NCBI GenBank assembly: GCA_965200025.1
Contig: OZ241325.1
Coordinates: 1,306,743-1,370,742 of the forward strand
Length of the DNA stretch: 64,000 nucleotides
DNA from: Bdellovibrionales bacterium
GTDB taxonomy: Bacteria; Bdellovibrionota; Bdellovibrionia; Bdellovibrionales; UBA1609
Direction: 5' to 3'
Below the pieces are notes generated by a model. That model did no database searches. It was not told the origin of the DNA and saw only the letters and a list, made by a program, of their open reading frames with translations. The translations under genes were made by a program, and so were the position numbers. Below, piece by piece: positions 9,180 to 18,924 of the stretch. The stretch's first letter is position 1. The number at the start of each line of letters is the position of its first letter.

Positions 9180-10472
9180 ATGAAAACAAAGCACAGCACT
9201 TTATGGCGACCTTTCACCCAGATGAAGCTTCGCACCCGTTTTCCGGAAGTGGTGAGGGCTGAGGGAAGCCGTCTTTATTTAAAAAACAAACCCCGCACTC
9301 CCGTTATTGATGCCATTTCCTCCTGGTGGGTTATCACTTCGGGGCATTGTGATCCCCGCATTGTGAAAGCTCTTCTGAGGCAGGCTCAAAATTTGGATCA
9401 GGTTTTATTTGCCAATTTTTCACACCAGCCGGCCCAGGAGCTGGCTGCTCAGATCAAAAGTGTACTACCAAAAAAACTGGCTTATTTGTTTTTTTCTGAC
9501 GATGGTTCCACAGCCGTGGAATGTGCACTGAAGATGGCTTTGGGCCGTTTAAGTCAAAATCAACAGGGGCATAAAAACAAATTTATTGCCTTCACCCACT
9601 CTTACCATGGAGACACCACCGGGGCTATGAGTGTCAGCGGCCGGGGGGTTTTTAACCAGGCTTATAAAAAAATGTTGTTTTCTGTTTTGCGGGTCCGTCA
9701 GGGCAGACGATCTTCTGATCCTGTGTCTGCTTTTGTGGATGATTTTGAAAAAACTCTTAAAAAGCACCACAGATCTTGTGCCGGCGTGATTATTGAACCT
9801 CTCATACAGGGGGCAGGGGGTATGATTATGTGGCCTTTAAAGGCCTTGAAGCATATTTGCCTTCTCACCAAAAAATATGGGCTTTATCTGATTTTTGACG
9901 AGGTGATGACAGGTTTTGGCCGTACGGGAAGCTTTTTTGCTTTTGAGCAAATTGGCATTACACCAGACATTTTATGCCTTTCCAAAGGCTTAACAGGGGG
10001 AATGCTGCCCCTGGGTTTAACAGTAAGCACTCAGGATATTTACAGGGGGTTTTTATCGGATAAAAAAGAAAAAATGTTTTTCCATGGACACAGTTTTACG
10101 GCCAACCCTTTATCCTGTGCAGCAGCAGTGGCCAGTATGAAGATTTTAAAGCAAAAATCCACTCAAAAAAACTGGCAAAGAATTCAAAAATTTCACCAAA
10201 AAGAGGTGGCACAAATTAAAAATCACCCGAAAGTTAAAGATGCCGATGTTTGCGGCACCATTGCCCGGGTGGAGCTTCGAAGCTCAAAATCCACAGGCTA
10301 CACCTCCCGGTGGGCCGAGCATGTCAGCACGCAGGCTCTTAAAGAAGGGGTGTTTTTACGCCCCCTGGGGAACATTGCCTATATTCTCCCCCCTTACTGC
10401 ACCAGTAACCAGGAACTTCAAAAAATATGGTCTGTACTCAAAAAACAAATCTCAAAAGCCCCCCTTTTGTAA
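9180..10472 (+). CDS. bioA: adenosylmethionine-8-amino-7-oxononanoate aminotransferase (class III aminotransferase)
   Basis: LWRPFTQMK start region, SSWWV..GHC, DEVMTGFGRTG and the PLP-lysine motif LSKGLTGG. The start is taken at ATG 9180 rather than the track's 9105. Confidence 0.85.
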   Translation: MKTKHSTLWRPFTQMKLRTRFPEVVRAEGSRLYLKNKPRTPVIDAISSWWVITSGHCDPRIVKALLRQAQNLDQVLFANFSHQPAQELAAQIKSVLPKKLAYLFFSDDGSTAVECALKMALGRLSQNQQGHKNKFIAFTHSYHGDTTGAMSVSGRGVFNQAYKKMLFSVLRVRQGRRSSDPVSAFVDDFEKTLKKHHRSCAGVIIEPLIQGAGGMIMWPLKALKHICLLTKKYGLYLIFDEVMTGFGRTGSFFAFEQIGITPDILCLSKGLTGGMLPLGLTVSTQDIYRGFLSDKKEKMFFHGHSFTANPLSCAAAVASMKILKQKSTQKNWQRIQKFHQKEVAQIKNHPKVKDADVCGTIARVELRSSKSTGYTSRWAEHVSTQALKEGVFLRPLGNIAYILPPYCTSNQELQKIWSVLKKQISKAPLL

Positions 10473-10517
10473 GGGAGGTACTTGACAAAACCGGAAAAAA
10501 GTTTTTATAAGGGACCC

Positions 10518-10880
10518 ATGTTTAATTTTATAGCCACCATTCATATTATTGCCTCTGTAGTGATGATTGTTTTTATCCTGCTCCAGGATCCCAAGGGGGG
10601 GGCTATGGGAATGTTTGGAGGAGGATCTTCCAGCCTGTTTGGCAGCACGGGGGCCAATCAGTTTTTGTTAAAAGTCACAAAATGGACAGCTGTTGTTTTT
10701 GCCTGCACCTCCATCTATCTGGCGGCTTTAAGTTCCCAAAAAGGACCCAGTGTACTGGACCAATACACTCCGGAAGCCACTCAAAGCACCCCACCTGCCA
10801 CAGCAACAGAAGATACCAACCCCGCAAACAAAAAAGAGGAAGTACCTGCTTCAAACCCCTTACCACCAAAACAACAATAA
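10518..10880 (+). CDS. secG: preprotein translocase subunit SecG
   Basis: Two TM helices flank the motif LLQDPKGGAMGMFGGGSSSLFGSTGA, which is typical of SecG. The start is set at MFNF; the track gives TTG 10482. Confidence 0.85.
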   Translation: MFNFIATIHIIASVVMIVFILLQDPKGGAMGMFGGGSSSLFGSTGANQFLLKVTKWTAVVFACTSIYLAALSSQKGPSVLDQYTPEATQSTPPATATEDTNPANKKEEVPASNPLPPKQQ

Positions 10881-10910
10881 ATCTTTTCAAAACAAAAAAG
10901 TAAGAGCCCT

Positions 10911-11312
10911 ATGTTAAATACCACCAAAAAAGGCTTTCAGAAAAAAATCTTTGTTTGTTTTATAAAATGGCCGGGTTTGTTTTTTCTTTTGGTTTTTTCT
11001 TTTGGTCATAGTGGGAGCTTAAAAAAAGAAAAACCACCGGGGTTTTACTCTCACTATATGGACCAGGTGGTGACAAGAAAAAAAAAGCTCTTGAAAACAA
11101 AATGCCTGAAACTGAAAGACAAAAAAGACAAAGGTTTTATGATGCTTGAGCTTAAAGTGTCTTTAAAAGGGGCTGTGGACACCCGGGTGATGAATACAGA
11201 GATTAAGAGTAAAAAATTTATTCAGTGTGCTTTGAATGTTCTTAACAGAACCCACTTCAAAACCCCTCCCACAAAAACTTTAAGCCGCATTTACAGGTTT
11301 TTTATCCTGTAA
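10911..11312 (+). CDS. hypothetical secreted protein, AgmX/TonB-C-terminal-like
   Basis: An N-terminal hydrophobic anchor is followed by a C-terminal pattern (C..L....GFMMLELKVSLKGAV......KFIQCALNVLNRTHFKTPP) that resembles TonB-C/AgmX-type domains. Confidence 0.35.
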   Translation: MLNTTKKGFQKKIFVCFIKWPGLFFLLVFSFGHSGSLKKEKPPGFYSHYMDQVVTRKKKLLKTKCLKLKDKKDKGFMMLELKVSLKGAVDTRVMNTEIKSKKFIQCALNVLNRTHFKTPPTKTLSRIYRFFIL

Positions 11313-11383
11313 CTGCAAAAAAAGAGGCAGGCAGGAAGAAAAAAACAAAGCCTTTGCACTTAAAAAGTTTGGGTTGATTAATA

Positions 11384-11461
11384 GACCACGTAGCTCAGTC
11401 CGGATAGAGCAAGAGTTTCCTAAACTCTAGGTCGCAGGTTCAACTCCTGCCGTGGTCGCCA
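11384..11461 (+). tRNA. tRNA-Arg (anticodon CCT)
   Basis: Hand fold: acceptor GACCACG/CGTGGTC, D arm GCTC..GAGC, anticodon arm AGAGT-TTCCTAA-ACTCT, T arm GCAGG-TTCAACT-CCTGC, and an encoded CCA. Confidence 0.9.
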
Positions 11462-11548
11462 CTTTTGTTTTTCTTACCAATGACAACTATAATTAACTCA
11501 TATTTCAGTCGTTTTAGGTCATCCGGAATACATATTGAACTTCCCACC

Positions 11549-11563
11549 ATGTAATTTTTACAT
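11549..11563. promoter_or_regulatory. 15-nt palindrome ATGTAATTTTTACAT, candidate operator upstream of paralogue A
   Basis: Arms ATGTAA/TTACAT lie 49 nt upstream of the -35 box. Equivalent palindromes lie upstream of the two other paralogues (17365-17379 and 19352-19366). Confidence 0.35.
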
Positions 11564-11611
11564 CTCCAAATGTAAATAATACCACTCAAAAATCTTTTTT
11601 TAATTTTAAAC

Positions 11612-11639
11612 TTGACAAAAAAATGGGGGGGGGTAAAAA
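11612..11639 (+). promoter_or_regulatory. sigma70-like promoter TTGACA-N16-TAAAAA with a G9 tract in the spacer
   Basis: The 29-nt string cttgacaaaaaaatgggggggggtaaaaa is identical to 19403-19431. It lies 52 nt upstream of ATG 11691. Confidence 0.5.
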
Positions 11640-11690
11640 GACCTCTCCAAGAGGGAAGCTACCTCATAAACTGCTCCAAAGGAGAAAAAA

Positions 11691-12599
11691 ATGATAAAAA
11701 TTAAAATTTTAAAAGCTTTGTTTTTTGTTTGTGCCATGCTTTCTTATGAATCTCACGCTGGTTTTTGTGAAATTTTTTTTTCAAAACCAGTGTCACAAAA
11801 ATCAAAAACCCCCAAACCTATAGATATAAATAAAATTTTAAAACAACCATTAACCCAAAAGCAGAAGGATTTTTTGTCTGGTAAGGATTTTCTCCGAATC
11901 GTTCGGGGTGACAATATCTCTGACAGAAGTATACTGGATGTTTTGGAAAACGGGTTTAGTGCAGTGGATTTGGAAGCCATCCTGTTAGAATCAAACCCCA
12001 AACATGGTCCAGTCCTGGTGAAACAACTCTATGAGTTCATGTCTGCGGTCAATACCCTGCAAACAAGGCTGGGTCAAACAACACCCATGAGTGTCCCTCA
12101 AATAGCATTGGTGAAAAAAATAAACCAGAAAGTACACTTAATAGACAGTAATTCATCATATACCAATAAAAACGCATGGTATGAGTCTCTCAGAGAAGAT
12201 TTACAGGAATTGGTAGAGCATTCCCAGTCACAAAAAGATTTTACAGACTTGGTAAAAGGGGAACACAACCAGATAACTTTATCAGATAGGGGTCATAGTG
12301 ACTGGATGAACTATCTTCAAAACAGAAAACAAGCGGAAAAGGAAATGGGAAAAACTTTAACTCACAACCAGGACCGGCAGATTTTTTGGACACAATTTAA
12401 CCTGAGAAAAAAAGAATATCCAGGAGAAAAAACTCTAGAAGAACAACCTCTATTTTCCGTTCAGGCATTTATAGATTCAGATTTCAGTACTGTGGATTTG
12501 AAGATTCTTGTGGATCACAATATACTAACCATAAAGGAATGGCAAAAAACCATGATAAAGATGCATATTGAAGATTATGAAACCAAAAAATCCCTTTAA
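11691..12599 (+). CDS. secreted hypothetical protein, paralogue A of a three-member family
   Basis: It has a signal peptide, a Cys just after the cleavage region (HAGFCEIFF), an LT....F motif and repeated GF...(D/E)(L/I)..L(L) motifs (NGFSAVDLEAILLE, SDFSTVDLKILVDH). These are shared with ORFs 16377-17243 and 19450-20274. Confidence 0.6.
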   Translation: MIKIKILKALFFVCAMLSYESHAGFCEIFFSKPVSQKSKTPKPIDINKILKQPLTQKQKDFLSGKDFLRIVRGDNISDRSILDVLENGFSAVDLEAILLESNPKHGPVLVKQLYEFMSAVNTLQTRLGQTTPMSVPQIALVKKINQKVHLIDSNSSYTNKNAWYESLREDLQELVEHSQSQKDFTDLVKGEHNQITLSDRGHSDWMNYLQNRKQAEKEMGKTLTHNQDRQIFWTQFNLRKKEYPGEKTLEEQPLFSVQAFIDSDFSTVDLKILVDHNILTIKEWQKTMIKMHIEDYETKKSL

Positions 12600-12756
12600 A
12601 ACCTAACCTGCCAAAGAGGGGATAATCAGATCTCACAGCAAAAAACTCAAGCCCCATAAGTTTTAAACTGACAAGGGGGGGGCTTTTGTATGCAGTATAA
12701 AAATGGCATTTCTTACTTGCCAAAAGGCTGTTTTTTACATAAAAGTAAAAATTAAG

Positions 12757-13689
12757 GTGAATTCCATAAAAATTTTAACAGGTACAGCCCATCCCCATTT
12801 TGCACAGCAGGTGGCCCGGCAGATGAACCTTCCCCTGTGTGAGTGCCAGGTTTCCCGTTTTACGGACGGGGAGGTGCAGGTGCATATCAGGGAAAGCATC
12901 AGGGGCTGCCATGTTTTTATTCTTCAGGGGACCTCCCCCCCGGTGAATGAAAATTATATGGAATTGTTTATCATGATGGATGCTGTTCGCAGGGCCTCTG
13001 CCCAGGAGATAACAGTGGTCATGCCTTATTACGGTTATGGAAGGCAGGACCGAAAAGCTGCTGCCCGCACCCCCATATCGGCCAAATGTGTGGCTGATTT
13101 GCTCCAGGTCAGTGGGGCCAAAAGGCTTTTGGTGGTAGATCTCCACGCCCCTCAAATACAGGGTTTTTTTAAAGGTCCGGTGGATAATCTTTTTGCATGG
13201 CCTGTGATGGCCCGCACCTGGAAAGAGCAAATGAAAGACAAAAATCCCGTGTGTGTCAGCCCGGATGCAGGGGCTTTGGAGCGTACACGGGCTTTTGCCA
13301 AAAAAATTCAAAGCCCCATTGCTGTGATAGACAAAAGAAGGCCAGAGCCAGGCATAGCCAGGGCTTTTCATGTGGTGGGGGATATCAAAGATAAAACAGC
13401 TCTCATTATAGACGATATGATTGACACCGGGGGAACCCTAACCGCAGCGGCTGAAAAGCTTCTTCAAAAAGGGGCAAAGGAGGTGTATGCCATGGCCACC
13501 CATGCGGTGTTTTCAGGTTCTGCACTCCAGCTGATAGAAAACAGCCCTTTGAAGGAGGTTTGGGTTACAGACACCATACCACTGAGGCAAAAAGCCAAAA
13601 AAATACGCTGTGTTTCTGTAGCTCCCCTGGTGGCAGAGGCCATTCGCCGTATCGATTCCAAAGGTTCTGTCAGTGCCATGTTTGATTGA
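12757..13689 (+). CDS. prs: ribose-phosphate pyrophosphokinase (PRPP synthetase)
   Basis: Motifs YYGYGRQDRK, DLHAPQIQGFF and the PRPP-binding loop LIIDDMIDTGGTL. The GTG start at 12757 is inferred from the usual N-terminus; the track start is 12703. Confidence 0.9.
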   Translation: MNSIKILTGTAHPHFAQQVARQMNLPLCECQVSRFTDGEVQVHIRESIRGCHVFILQGTSPPVNENYMELFIMMDAVRRASAQEITVVMPYYGYGRQDRKAAARTPISAKCVADLLQVSGAKRLLVVDLHAPQIQGFFKGPVDNLFAWPVMARTWKEQMKDKNPVCVSPDAGALERTRAFAKKIQSPIAVIDKRRPEPGIARAFHVVGDIKDKTALIIDDMIDTGGTLTAAAEKLLQKGAKEVYAMATHAVFSGSALQLIENSPLKEVWVTDTIPLRQKAKKIRCVSVAPLVAEAIRRIDSKGSVSAMFD

Positions 13690-13747
13690 TTTTTTTAGTG
13701 ACAAAAAAAACCAGGGCATGTATATATCAAAACCCTGAGGTAAAATC

Positions 13748-14491
13748 ATGTCTGCAAATGGAAAAGAGCTTTATTTTGATGTGGATCTCAGAGGTGTGGG
13801 GACTTCTGAAGCCCGCAAGGTTCGCCGCCAGGGCAGGGTACCGGCGGTGGTTTATGGAAGCAGTGCCAAATCCATACCCCTGTACTTAAGCTTAAAAGCT
13901 GCTGAAAAATACATCAAAAAAGCTTATGACAACAAAATCTTTACCTTCAAGTCAAAATCCAAAGAACTTAATGGATTAAAGGTCCTTAAAAAAGCCGTCA
14001 GCTATCACAAACTGAACAGAAAACCCTTACACATGGATTTTTTCTCTTTGGATATGAACAAAAAAGTGAGGGTGAATGTGGAGGTGCAATTCACTGGCCA
14101 GGCCAAAGGGGTTAAAGAATCCGGAGGGGTTTTTAGTGCCACCAGGAGAAATGTGGAAATAGAGTGCCTGCCGGGGGAAATCCCCGATTTTTTTTCCATT
14201 GATATAAGCCCTTTGGATATGAACCAAAGCTTCCATGTTCAGGATCTTAAAATTCCCTCTCATATTAAGCTTATCACACAAAAACAAAGCACTCTTTGTG
14301 CAGTCACAGAACTTAAAGAGGAGGAAAGCCCGAAAGAAGCTGCTGCGGCGGACAAAGCCGCCTCTTCCGGGGAAAAAACCAGTACCACCACACCAGCGGC
14401 CACTGAAGGGGAAAAACCCACTACTGCCACTTCCTCCACCGAAAGCAAAGCCCCTGCTGTAAAAAAAACAAACACAAAAAAAACCAAATAA
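13748..14491 (+). CDS. rplY: 50S ribosomal protein L25 / general stress protein Ctc
   Basis: The N-terminus RKVRRQGRVPAVVYG and the beta-rich Ctc core are followed by a low-complexity A/T/K tail. Confidence 0.85.
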   Translation: MSANGKELYFDVDLRGVGTSEARKVRRQGRVPAVVYGSSAKSIPLYLSLKAAEKYIKKAYDNKIFTFKSKSKELNGLKVLKKAVSYHKLNRKPLHMDFFSLDMNKKVRVNVEVQFTGQAKGVKESGGVFSATRRNVEIECLPGEIPDFFSIDISPLDMNQSFHVQDLKIPSHIKLITQKQSTLCAVTELKEEESPKEAAAADKAASSGEKTSTTTPAATEGEKPTTATSSTESKAPAVKKTNTKKTK

Positions 14492-14497
14492 CAAATC

Positions 14498-15091
14498 ATG
14501 AAAATGATAGTGGGTTTAGGTAATCCGGGGCAAAAATACCTGCTCACTCCGCACAACATAGGATGGATGGTACTGGATCATCTCTGCCACCATTTAAACC
14601 CCCCTTTAAAAAACCCGGCTGTAGCGGCTTTGTGGAAAACAAAATCACCTTCTTATCTTTACTGTTCGGTGCTTTTAAACCCTTACAAAATCCTGCTTCT
14701 TAAGCCTTTAACTTATATGAATCTTTCCGGCAAAGCGGTTAAAGAGGCTATGGGCTATTATAAAATCGCTTTGGAGGATTTACTGGTGGTGCACGATGAC
14801 ACCGACCTTCCTTTTTTATCCATGAAGTTTCAGGTGGATCGGGGTGCTGCCGGTCACAATGGGATTAAGAACATTCACACTGAATTACAAAGTCAAAATT
14901 ACGCCCGTCTGCGGGTGGGGATGCAGCAGACAGTCAAAAGGCCTCCCATAAAAAGAAATGTTTTAAAACCCTTTACCCCGGAGGAACAAAGCCTTTTACC
15001 TTCTTTTTTGGATTCTGCCACCGAGGCCCTTGTTTATTTTATACAGGAGGGGGTAAAAAAAACAGCCGATCGTTATAACAAAAAATCATAA
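14498..15091 (+). CDS. pth: peptidyl-tRNA hydrolase
   Basis: Motifs MIVGLGNPGQKY..TPHNIG and HDDTDLP..GHNG. Confidence 0.9.
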   Translation: MKMIVGLGNPGQKYLLTPHNIGWMVLDHLCHHLNPPLKNPAVAALWKTKSPSYLYCSVLLNPYKILLLKPLTYMNLSGKAVKEAMGYYKIALEDLLVVHDDTDLPFLSMKFQVDRGAAGHNGIKNIHTELQSQNYARLRVGMQQTVKRPPIKRNVLKPFTPEEQSLLPSFLDSATEALVYFIQEGVKKTADRYNKKS

Positions 15092-15201
15092 GGAAGGTTT
15101 TTTTTATTTCCCGGATTAAGAAAGCTCACAAACCCAAGTGTGACACAAAGGTTTTTTATCCTTGCCACAGGGCCGTCAAAGAGTTTACATTTGTTTTTAC
15201 G

Positions 15202-16380
15202 ATGAAATGCGGTATTATTGGCCTTCCCAATGTGGGCAAAAGCACTTTGTTTAATTGCTTAACCTCTCTTAAAATTCCTGCAGAAAATTACCCTTTCTGT
15301 ACTATTGATCCCAACATAGGAAGGGTGGCGGTGCCTGATCAAAGGCTTTCCACCTTAAAAGAGATTTTTAAACCGGAAAAAACCACCCCCACCAGCATGG
15401 AATTTGTGGATATTGCGGGTCTCATCCCTCAGGCCCACAAAGGTGAGGGCCTGGGAAACCGGTTTTTAAGTCATATACGCGAAACCGATGCTTTAATCCA
15501 TGTGGTCCGCTGTTTTGAAGACGAAAAAGTCTCTCACACTCAGGGAGGGGAGTTAAACCCCCTTCAGGATGTGGAGCTGATTGAAACAGAGCTTTTAATG
15601 GCAGACTTAAGTACCCTGGAGCAGCGACAGCAAAAACTGCAAAAGCTTTTAAAAGGCTTTCAAAAAAAAGAACTCCTAAAAGAGCATCAACTGGTTCAAA
15701 AACTCTTAACCCACATTTCAGAAAAAAACAAACCAGCCGGGAAGTACCCTTTAACTTCCGAAGAGGATGTGTATTTTAAACCCTTAAACCTTTTGACTGC
15801 CAAACCGGTTTTGTATGTCTGTAATACAGATGAAACCTCCCTTCTGGCAGACTTAAAAAACTCAAACTCCCCCTCAGAACATGCCTCATCTGTTACAGAC
15901 GGAAAAAAAACTTTATTAAGTAAGAATACTCCCTCCCCCAGCCTCTTGCAAAAAATGAAAACCAAATACCCGGCCTCCTCTTTAATGCCTGTTTGTGCCA
16001 ATATGGAGGCAGAGGCTTTGGCTTTTGAATCCGAGGGGGAGAGGCAAAGTTTTCTCTCAAGTATGGGGTTAAAGGAATCAGGACTTTCCCGGTTGATTAA
16101 AAAATCCTATAGCCTTTTAAATCTTATCACTTTTTTTACAGCAGGACCCAAAGAGTGCCGGGCATGGACTGTTAAACAGGGTAGCAAGGCCCCTCAGGCG
16201 GGAGGCTCTATCCACAGTGATTTTGAAAAAGGTTTTATCAAAGCAGAAGTTTATGCTTTTGAAGATTTAAAAAGACTAAAATCAGAGGCAGAAGTTCGAA
16301 AAGCAGGACTCTTAAGACAGGAAGGTAAAAATTATGTGATTCAAAATGGAGATATTGTGTTCTTCAAATTTAATGTCTAA
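15202..16380 (+). CDS. ychF: ribosome-binding ATPase YchF (Obg-like)
   Basis: G1 motif GLPNVGKSTLFN, EFVDIAGL and a TGS-like end (IHSDFEKGFIKAEV...DGDIVFFKFNV). It also has an S/P/K-rich internal insertion relative to typical YchF. Confidence 0.95.
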   Translation: MKCGIIGLPNVGKSTLFNCLTSLKIPAENYPFCTIDPNIGRVAVPDQRLSTLKEIFKPEKTTPTSMEFVDIAGLIPQAHKGEGLGNRFLSHIRETDALIHVVRCFEDEKVSHTQGGELNPLQDVELIETELLMADLSTLEQRQQKLQKLLKGFQKKELLKEHQLVQKLLTHISEKNKPAGKYPLTSEEDVYFKPLNLLTAKPVLYVCNTDETSLLADLKNSNSPSEHASSVTDGKKTLLSKNTPSPSLLQKMKTKYPASSLMPVCANMEAEALAFESEGERQSFLSSMGLKESGLSRLIKKSYSLLNLITFFTAGPKECRAWTVKQGSKAPQAGGSIHSDFEKGFIKAEVYAFEDLKRLKSEAEVRKAGLLRQEGKNYVIQNGDIVFFKFNV

Positions 16381-17243
16381 ATTCTGCCGTTCAAAGCGGG
16401 ATTATATTGCTCTGGAGGAAACACCACAGAGTTTCCCTCTCTTTTTGCCTCATCGGTTTTTTTCCTTAAAAATACCAAAAAAGCTTTATGCTTGTCTTCT
16501 TTCAATGTAAATTCGGTTTCAGGGGCAACAACCAGTAAGCTTTCCATTCCCCCCTTTTGCTGATTTTTAGGGAAGGAATGTAGCAGCTGTTCATATTTTT
16601 GCCCCAGCTTTTTCATCAAAGAATCAAGAGAATAAGACAAAGGGTCATTTTCTTTGTGAGTATTGATTTTATGAACACTATATGAAATCTCATGCCAAAG
16701 ATTTAGTTGATCAGCACTCAGAGGCTTGTCTGTCTTGTTTAAAAGATGCTCCATTTCATGAACTCTACTGATAAACTGAGGAATTTTAGAGTGAACATTT
16801 GTACCTTTCACCTTTAAAATACGCTTACCTGCCAATACATTTATGTCCTCCATACTAAATCCAGCTCCCATCAATTCTATAAAACTCGAAAAATGGAATC
16901 CATACAGGTTCCGTCTACTAAACAAGTTTCTCTTACTTATATACTCCCGGTTCGGTTCACCAAAGGTTGTGTTGATGAAAAAAGGGCTGTGGAGTTCACT
17001 TCTTATGAAAATGATTTCATCAACGGTGAGCTTCCTGTTTAAGGCATTTTCCATCTTTGTTTTTAACATTTTTAATTTCACTTTGAATACTCTGTCGTCC
17101 AATTTCGGTCTCAGTTCTTTCACTCCGTATTCTATCAGATCGTCTATTTTTTCTATAAATAAGTCCTTACAGGAGGCCACACTCACAGTATAGCCTTCCA
17201 CACAAAAAACCATTACTACAGCAAAAACAAAACCCTTAAACAT
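16377..17243 (-). CDS. secreted hypothetical protein, paralogue B of the three-member family
   Basis: Signal peptide, the motif VASCKDLFI, KLTVDEIIFIRS and AGFSMEDINVLAGK. It sits behind the same promoter/palindrome architecture as A and C. Confidence 0.6.
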   Translation of the reverse strand: MFKGFVFAVVMVFCVEGYTVSVASCKDLFIEKIDDLIEYGVKELRPKLDDRVFKVKLKMLKTKMENALNRKLTVDEIIFIRSELHSPFFINTTFGEPNREYISKRNLFSRRNLYGFHFSSFIELMGAGFSMEDINVLAGKRILKVKGTNVHSKIPQFISRVHEMEHLLNKTDKPLSADQLNLWHEISYSVHKINTHKENDPLSYSLDSLMKKLGQKYEQLLHSFPKNQQKGGMESLLVVAPETEFTLKEDKHKAFLVFLRKKTDEAKREGNSVVFPPEQYNPALNGRI

Positions 17244-17302
17244 CTTTCAAACTCCCTTAAAAAAGTTGCTTTCATCACATTCATGTGGCTTTACCAAAAT
17301 CC

Positions 17303-17330
17303 ACTTTAACCCCTCCCATTTTTCTGTCAA
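17303..17330 (-). promoter_or_regulatory. sigma70-like promoter TTGACA-N16-TAAAGT (interrupted G tract)
   Basis: The minus strand reads cttgacagaaaaatgggaggggttaaagt. This matches the 29-nt A/C promoter with a few substitutions, and the G run is broken (GGGAGGGG). Confidence 0.4.
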
Positions 17331-17364
17331 GTTTTTTATGTTTTTTTGTTTCATCTTATTTTTA

Positions 17365-17379
17365 GTGTAAATTTTACAC
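17365..17379. promoter_or_regulatory. 15-nt perfect palindrome GTGTAAATTTTACAC, candidate operator upstream of paralogue B
   Basis: The 7-bp arms GTGTAAA/TTTACAC lie 34 nt upstream of the -35 box on the minus strand. Confidence 0.35.
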
Positions 17380-17425
17380 CGCCCTTAAGATGTAGCAGGA
17401 AGATTTTACAATTTTTATATTTGTT

Positions 17426-18172
17426 TTAAGAAAACACTGATTTTAAAAAACGCAGCATTTCCTGCCAGGAGGATTTTTCCACCTCTGCATTGTAAGCTGT
17501 GTCGATGTTAAACTTTTTACCATTCTCTGTTGCCTGAGGGTTGGTAAAACCATGGGCTGCACCCGGATAGCTGATAAACTTACAGTCTGCCTGTTTGACC
17601 TCCATTTCTTTTTTAAAATTTTGCACATGCTCTGCGGGAATCATGCTGTCGTTTTCCCCATGGCAGACCAGTATTTTGGTTTTTATCGAAGAGGGAAAAG
17701 AATTTTCCTCAGCCAGAAGCCTTAAACTTCCATGGAAGCTGACCACCCCCTTAAGCTGCTCTGTCCCCATACGGGCCAAATGAATGGACAAAGCCCCCCC
17801 CAGGCAGTGACCTATGGAAGCCCTTTGATGGGGCAGAACCTGTGCCTGAGAACTTAACACTTTAAGGCAATTCAGCAGTTTTTTTGTGGTACTCTCCATG
17901 TTGGCAAGAGTGTTCTTCATCATCGCTGTAGCCTCAAGGGCTGTGGCAGCCAGTTTGCCCTCCCCGTACAGGTCAACGGCCAAAGTGGTGTAACCTTCTT
18001 TGGCCAACCTCAAGGCACGGTTTTTCATGTTTTCTGTCAGGCCCCAAAACTCAGGCAAAACCATAACAGCAGGAAAAGAATCTGAACTTCCCGCAGAAGG
18101 GGAAAAAAGCACTGATCGGGACACAGAATCTTCAAAAGGTATATTTAATGCCCGGGTTTGAATTTGGCTCAT
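17426..18172 (-). CDS. dienelactone hydrolase family protein
   Basis: Alpha/beta-hydrolase layout with the nucleophile motif IGHCLGG and a C-terminal AAHGF. 248 aa. Confidence 0.8.
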   Translation of the reverse strand: MSQIQTRALNIPFEDSVSRSVLFSPSAGSSDSFPAVMVLPEFWGLTENMKNRALRLAKEGYTTLAVDLYGEGKLAATALEATAMMKNTLANMESTTKKLLNCLKVLSSQAQVLPHQRASIGHCLGGALSIHLARMGTEQLKGVVSFHGSLRLLAEENSFPSSIKTKILVCHGENDSMIPAEHVQNFKKEMEVKQADCKFISYPGAAHGFTNPQATENGKKFNIDTAYNAEVEKSSWQEMLRFLKSVFS

Positions 18173-18312
18173 TTTTTTCCTCCTTTTTTTAAGGGATACA
18201 CTTTGTGGTCAAGATAAAAGCTTAAAACAAACATTTTATGCCCTATAAATCAAGGCTGTTTCTGCCAAAAAATTCAAACATTCACCTTTTTGGATTTTTC
18301 TTTAAAAAAAGC

Positions 18313-18924
18313 TTACTTTTTATCTTCAGGCAGGATTTTTGAGTAAGAAAATGTTTTTCTGTGCAGGGGGCAGGGGCCTTTTTGTGCCAAAATCAGGCGA
18401 TGACGGGCTGTACTGTATCCCTTATGAGAGGCAAAACCATAGTGGGGAAAAAGCTTGTCCTTTTTTTTCATCCATTGATCTCTTAAGACTTTGGCCACAA
18501 TACTGGCAGCCCCAATGGGTGCAAAGTTTTTGTCCCCTTTGATACAAGGTGTTTGTTTTAAGCCTTTTGGCAGATGCGGCAGGGGAAAGGGGCCATCCAC
18601 CAAAACATGCCCTTTTAACAGGGTTTTTCCCTTAAAAGTGGGAAGATTGAGCAGGGCTCTTTCCATGGATAAAAAACTGGCCTGAAGAATGTTGTATTTG
18701 TCTATTTCCTGCACAGAAGCCTGGCCCACGCCGTAACAGTGATCCGCCATAATTTCCCCTGCCAGAACCTCTCTTTTCTCAGGGGTGAGGGCTTTTGAAT
18801 CCGGGTAGTTTTTATGACCACTCAAAATCACAGCTGCTGCAAAAACGGGACCTGCCAGGCAGCCCCGGCCCACTTCATCCACCCCTATTACCGGATGAGG
18901 TTGAAACGAAGCCCACTGCCTCAT
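18313..18924 (-). CDS. rnhB: ribonuclease HII
   Basis: VIGVDEVGRGCLAGPVFAAAV catalytic motif and ASIVAKV. Confidence 0.9.
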   Translation of the reverse strand: MRQWASFQPHPVIGVDEVGRGCLAGPVFAAAVILSGHKNYPDSKALTPEKREVLAGEIMADHCYGVGQASVQEIDKYNILQASFLSMERALLNLPTFKGKTLLKGHVLVDGPFPLPHLPKGLKQTPCIKGDKNFAPIGAASIVAKVLRDQWMKKKDKLFPHYGFASHKGYSTARHRLILAQKGPCPLHRKTFSYSKILPEDKK

